Assembly (NCBI RefSeq): GCF_006345805.1
Contig: NW_021826790.1
Span: forward strand, 1 to 12,036
DNA from: Octopus sinensis
Lineage: Eukaryota
Length of the DNA: 12,036 nt
Direction of reading: 5' to 3'
Under the pieces are notes generated by a model, which worked only from the letters and a program-made list of their open reading frames with translations, was not told where the DNA came from and did not search any database. This document shows positions 9,061 through 12,036 of this stretch, in pieces (positions within the stretch are counted from its first letter, which is position 1; every line of letters starts with the position of its first letter). The translations under genes were made by a program, and so were the position numbers.

Positions 9061-9201
9061 GTACATATATAATTACATACATATAAGGGGGATGACCACT
9101 ACGTGGACATCCATTATGCGAGAGGTAGATCCGCTATGGTCTTACTACTAAGAAAGTAATGCTTTCAAGAAAATTATATATATACGTGTGTGTGTGTGTG
9201 T

Positions 9202-9240
<39 letters not shown>

Positions 9241-9281
9241 GTGCGTGTATGTATGCATGTATGTATGTATGTATGTATACA

Positions 9282-9560
9282 GGCGCAAGAGTAGGTTGCT
9301 TACCAACCATATGTTTCCGGGTTCAGTCGCACTGCGTGGCAGCTTGGGCAACTGTTTTCTACTATAGCGCCAACATTGCTTGACAACCGATGCTGGTGTG
9401 TTTACGTCCCCGTAACTTAGCAGTTCCTCAAAAGGAACCGATAGAATAAGTACTAGGCTTACAAAGAATAAGTTCTGGAGACGATTTGCTCGACTAATAA
9501 AGGCGGTGCTCCAGCATGGCCGCAGTCAAATGACTGAAACAAGTAAAAGAGTAAATGAGA
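9282..9560 (+). mobile_element. Internally deleted SINE A copy (5' head fused directly to 3' module)
   Basis: GGCGCAAGAGTAGG (A box deleted), GGGTTCAGTCGC, then ...ACTATAGCGCCAACATTGCTTGACAACC through GACTGAAACAAGTAAAAGAGTA. Confidence 0.88.
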
Positions 9561-9585
9561 ATACGCACACACACTGACGCAGACA

Positions 9586-9651
9586 CATATATATATATAT
9601 ATACACATATAAATGCACACATACATATATTTATATACATACACCCACACA

Positions 9652-9690
<39 letters not shown>
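9586..9690. repeat. (AT)n-rich tract
   Basis: Direct inspection. Confidence 0.9.
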
Positions 9691-9694
<4 letters not shown>

Positions 9695-9943
9695 AAATTT
9701 ATTAAGGGTAGAAATTGTGATATTTATCAATTAAGACCAGTGGTCTAGCATATTAAAAAAGAATCCGAAGATTAAAATATTTATATATACCAATTGAGGG
9801 ACTGAACACGAAAAGTGGACAGTCAACATGCTAGATATAGACGTCAAATCGCCATTCACCACAAAAGATTATGTTCTCAGATCAAACTCAACACAAAACC
9901 ATAGCAATAAACAAGTGAAAAATATACGAAATAAAATAATTAC

Positions 9944-10007
9944 CCATGTACTAAATTAGTTTCAGCTGTTATTTCCGCAAGGAAAACTGCAGCCATCATC
10001 AGCATGG
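9944..10007 (-). ncRNA. Type I hammerhead ribozyme
   Basis: Minus RNA: CCAUG CUGAUGA U GGCUG-CAGU-UUUCC-UUGC-GGAAA-UAA-CAGCU GAAA CUA-AUU-UAG UA/CAUGG. Canonical core, 5-bp stem I, long stem II with internal loop, GUA triplet (cut 9949/9948). Confidence 0.85.
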
Positions 10008-10447
10008 TCCGTTATAAATGTAATTGATGGACTAGATGCAAACACGATACCGAAATATCGCGTGCATGGAGTTCAGCCTATTACATTTGATATATCTTTC
10101 AAATGCCTCTACTTTGGCGCGTTGGAACCCGGGAAAAACTAGCCTGCAGCTAATATTAGCAGCAGTTAATTTATCGGTTAGAGAACATATTTATTTTTAT
10201 ATAAAATTAATTAAGGGTAGAAATTGATATTTATCAATTAAGACCAGTGGTCTAGCATATTAAAAACGAATCCGAAGATTAAAATATTTATATATACCAA
10301 TTAAGGACTGAACACGAAAAGTGGACAGTCAACATGCTAGATATAGACGTCAAATCGCCATTCACCACAAAAGATTATGTTCTCAGATCAAACTCAACAC
10401 AAAACCATAGCAATAAACAAGAAAAATATACGAAATAAAATAATTAC

Positions 10448-10511
10448 CCAGTACTAAATTAGTTTCAGCTGTTATTTTCCGCAAGGAAAACTGCAGCCAT
10501 CATCAGCATGG
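10448..10511 (-). ncRNA. Second copy of the same hammerhead (1-nt deletion in stem I 3' arm)
   Basis: Same sequence as 9944-10007 except CCCAGTAC versus CCCATGTAC and one extra T in stem II. Confidence 0.78.
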
Positions 10512-10899
10512 TCCGTTATAAATGTAATTTGATGGACTAGATGCAAACACGATACCGAAATATCGCGTGCATGGAGTTCAGCCTATTACATTAGAATATA
10601 TCTTTCAAATGCCTCTACTTTGGCGCGTTGGAACCCGGGAAAAACTAGCCTGCAGCTAATAATTAGCAGCAGTTAATTTATCGGTTAGAGAACATATTTA
10701 TTTATATAAAATTAATTAAGGGTAGAAATTGATATTTATCAATTAAGACCAGTGGTCTAGCATATTAAAAAAGAATCCGAAGATTAAAATATTTATATAT
10801 ACCAATTAAGGACTGAACACGAAAAGTGGACAGTCAACATGCTAGATATAGACGTCAAATCGCCATTCACCACAAAAGATTATGTTCAGATCAAACTCA

Positions 10900-10904
<5 letters not shown>

Positions 10905-10931
<27 letters not shown>

Positions 10932-10948
10932 TATAGATATATATATGT
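10905..10948. repeat. (CA)n/(AT)n microsatellite
   Basis: Direct inspection. Confidence 0.9.
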
Positions 10949-11031
10949 AGGTCCCGGGTTGAGTCGGGGTTAACCAACAGTAAATAAGGTACTCAATACA
11001 TGGCAGAGTAAGTTAATTATTTTATAGAAGG

Positions 11032-11082
11032 AGCTTCTACAGGACTAGAACTGTTTCATTCAAATGAAATCATCAGGAAGCT
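11032..11082 (-). ncRNA. Mirror copy of the same hammerhead motif (left arm)
   Basis: Exact reverse complement of 11092-11142. Confidence 0.7.
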
Positions 11083-11091
11083 ACATCAGGT

Positions 11092-11142
11092 AGCTTCCTG
11101 ATGATTTCATTTGAATGAAACAGTTCTAGTCCTGTAGAAGCT
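11092..11142 (+). ncRNA. Type I hammerhead ribozyme motif (right arm of palindrome)
   Basis: AGCUUC CUGAUGA U-UUC-AUUU-GAA-U GAAA CAG-UUCUAGUC-CUG UA/GAAGCU. Canonical core, 6-bp stem I, 4-bp stem III, GUA triplet (cut after 11136), weak A/U-rich stem II with U.U closure. Confidence 0.7.
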
Positions 11143-11303
11143 CTTCTATAAAATAAATATATATATATAATCAGCCGAAATTACTACGATGATCCGGTTC
11201 TTGACTGAAGACTGAGGGTTTCGAATGTCCTGTCCGTGTTTATTGTATCGTCTTCTAAGAGTTATACGTTCTTGTCCATGTTGTATTTTTCTACATACCT
11301 TAA

Positions 11304-11375
11304 TATATATATATATAATTATATAATAATATATATATATATATCTATATATATATATATGTATTATTATATATA

Positions 11376-11435
<60 letters not shown>

Positions 11436-11455
11436 ATATATATATATATATATGT
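11304..11455. repeat. (AT)n-rich tract
   Basis: Direct inspection. Confidence 0.93.
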
Positions 11456-11627
11456 ATATGAGGACTGAGTGATGTTTCCGCTCACTGTTAAATTGTTTTC
11501 ATGTAAACCTTGACATGAAAGTAAACACACAAACACCACACACACACACACACACACACAATCTGTGTATTCGCGTCTTACGAACGTAGACACATACCCA
11601 CACACACCACATATGTATGCCTGGGTA

Positions 11628-11680
11628 AAATATATATATGTATATATCTATATCTAAATACATAATACATATATATATAT

Positions 11681-11715
<35 letters not shown>

Positions 11716-11762
11716 GATAATATATATATAACATATATGAATATATATATAAATGTATATAT
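11628..11762. repeat. (AT)n-rich tract
   Basis: Direct inspection. Confidence 0.9.
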
Positions 11763-12036
11763 CTTTCCGTACGCATAGGTATCTGCAAAGCTCAGCTATT
11801 GGCAATTTGGGAATACAACTGATATTGTATTACATTTAGACGTACCAAGAAATACATTTGTTTATATAAATCCGGGTTGATTTTTCCTACACTCCGTTTC
11901 GACGTGTCACCTGATTTCATAACCACATGTAGGATCCGATTTTAATGTAAATAGTTAATTATCACTAATAAAATAATGTGGGACTAACATAGATTAGAAC
12001 TTATAACTGAATCCGCTGGATTAGTAGCACCAAAAT

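Larger units (their letters stand above)
9692..10904 (-). mobile_element. ~505-bp head-to-tail repeat (2.4 copies), one hammerhead per full unit; retrozyme-like or PLE pLTR-like
   Basis: Units start at 9692, 10201 and 10706 (periods 509 and 505), near-identical apart from scattered indels, bounded by (AT)n tracts, no credible ORF. Confidence 0.8.
11017..11156. repeat. Near-perfect palindrome: 68/67-bp arms, 5-nt spacer ATCAG
   Basis: 11017-11084 is the reverse complement of 11090-11156 except for one extra G near 11030. Confidence 0.95.

Noticed and set aside
4217-9730. Long ORFs such as MYVC..., HTYI..., poly-T/V/G and YIYI...
   Set aside because: Translations of (ATAC)n, (GGT)n and (AT)n simple repeats; no coding signal.
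10030-10170. Minus-strand frame ...KVEAFERYIKCNRLN... as a possible GIY-YIG endonuclease C-terminus
   Set aside because: Resemblance too weak, with no GIY or YIG motifs; cannot be used to call an autonomous PLE.
11205-11235. CTGAAGA...TCGAATGTC hammerhead-like string (+)
   Set aside because: GAAA incomplete; no convincing stem I or II.
11885-11934. TCCTACA/TGTAGGA inverted pair enclosing GAC-AC-GTC-GAAAC on the minus strand
   Set aside because: No CUGANGA-like core in the required position; a 7-bp match may be chance.

Overview
Eukaryotic, non-coding, repeat-dense window. The SINE families and abundant (AT)n/(ATAC)n microsatellites match my recollection of Octopus genomic DNA (not database-checked). 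No protein-coding gene is supportable; the supplied ORFs are repeat or microsatellite artefacts. Ordinary content: two tRNA-derived SINE families and many simple repeats. Unusual content: six distinct type I hammerhead-ribozyme (HHR)-like motif families (8 copies), mostly with the short palindromic stem III typical of Penelope-like elements (PLEs) and animal retrozymes. They lie in a 360-bp and a ~505-bp head-to-tail repeat, two fold-back palindromes, a 212-bp insert nested in a SINE, and a unique-looking segment. One has a compensatory U3-A8 core, and the adjacent repeat copy ends 2 nt from the predicted cleavage site. There is also a 10-unit SINE-derived satellite with a dimeric higher-order pattern and a recent inverted SINE duplication. 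All folds were paired by eye. Scattered 1-nt indels between repeat copies may be long-read errors.
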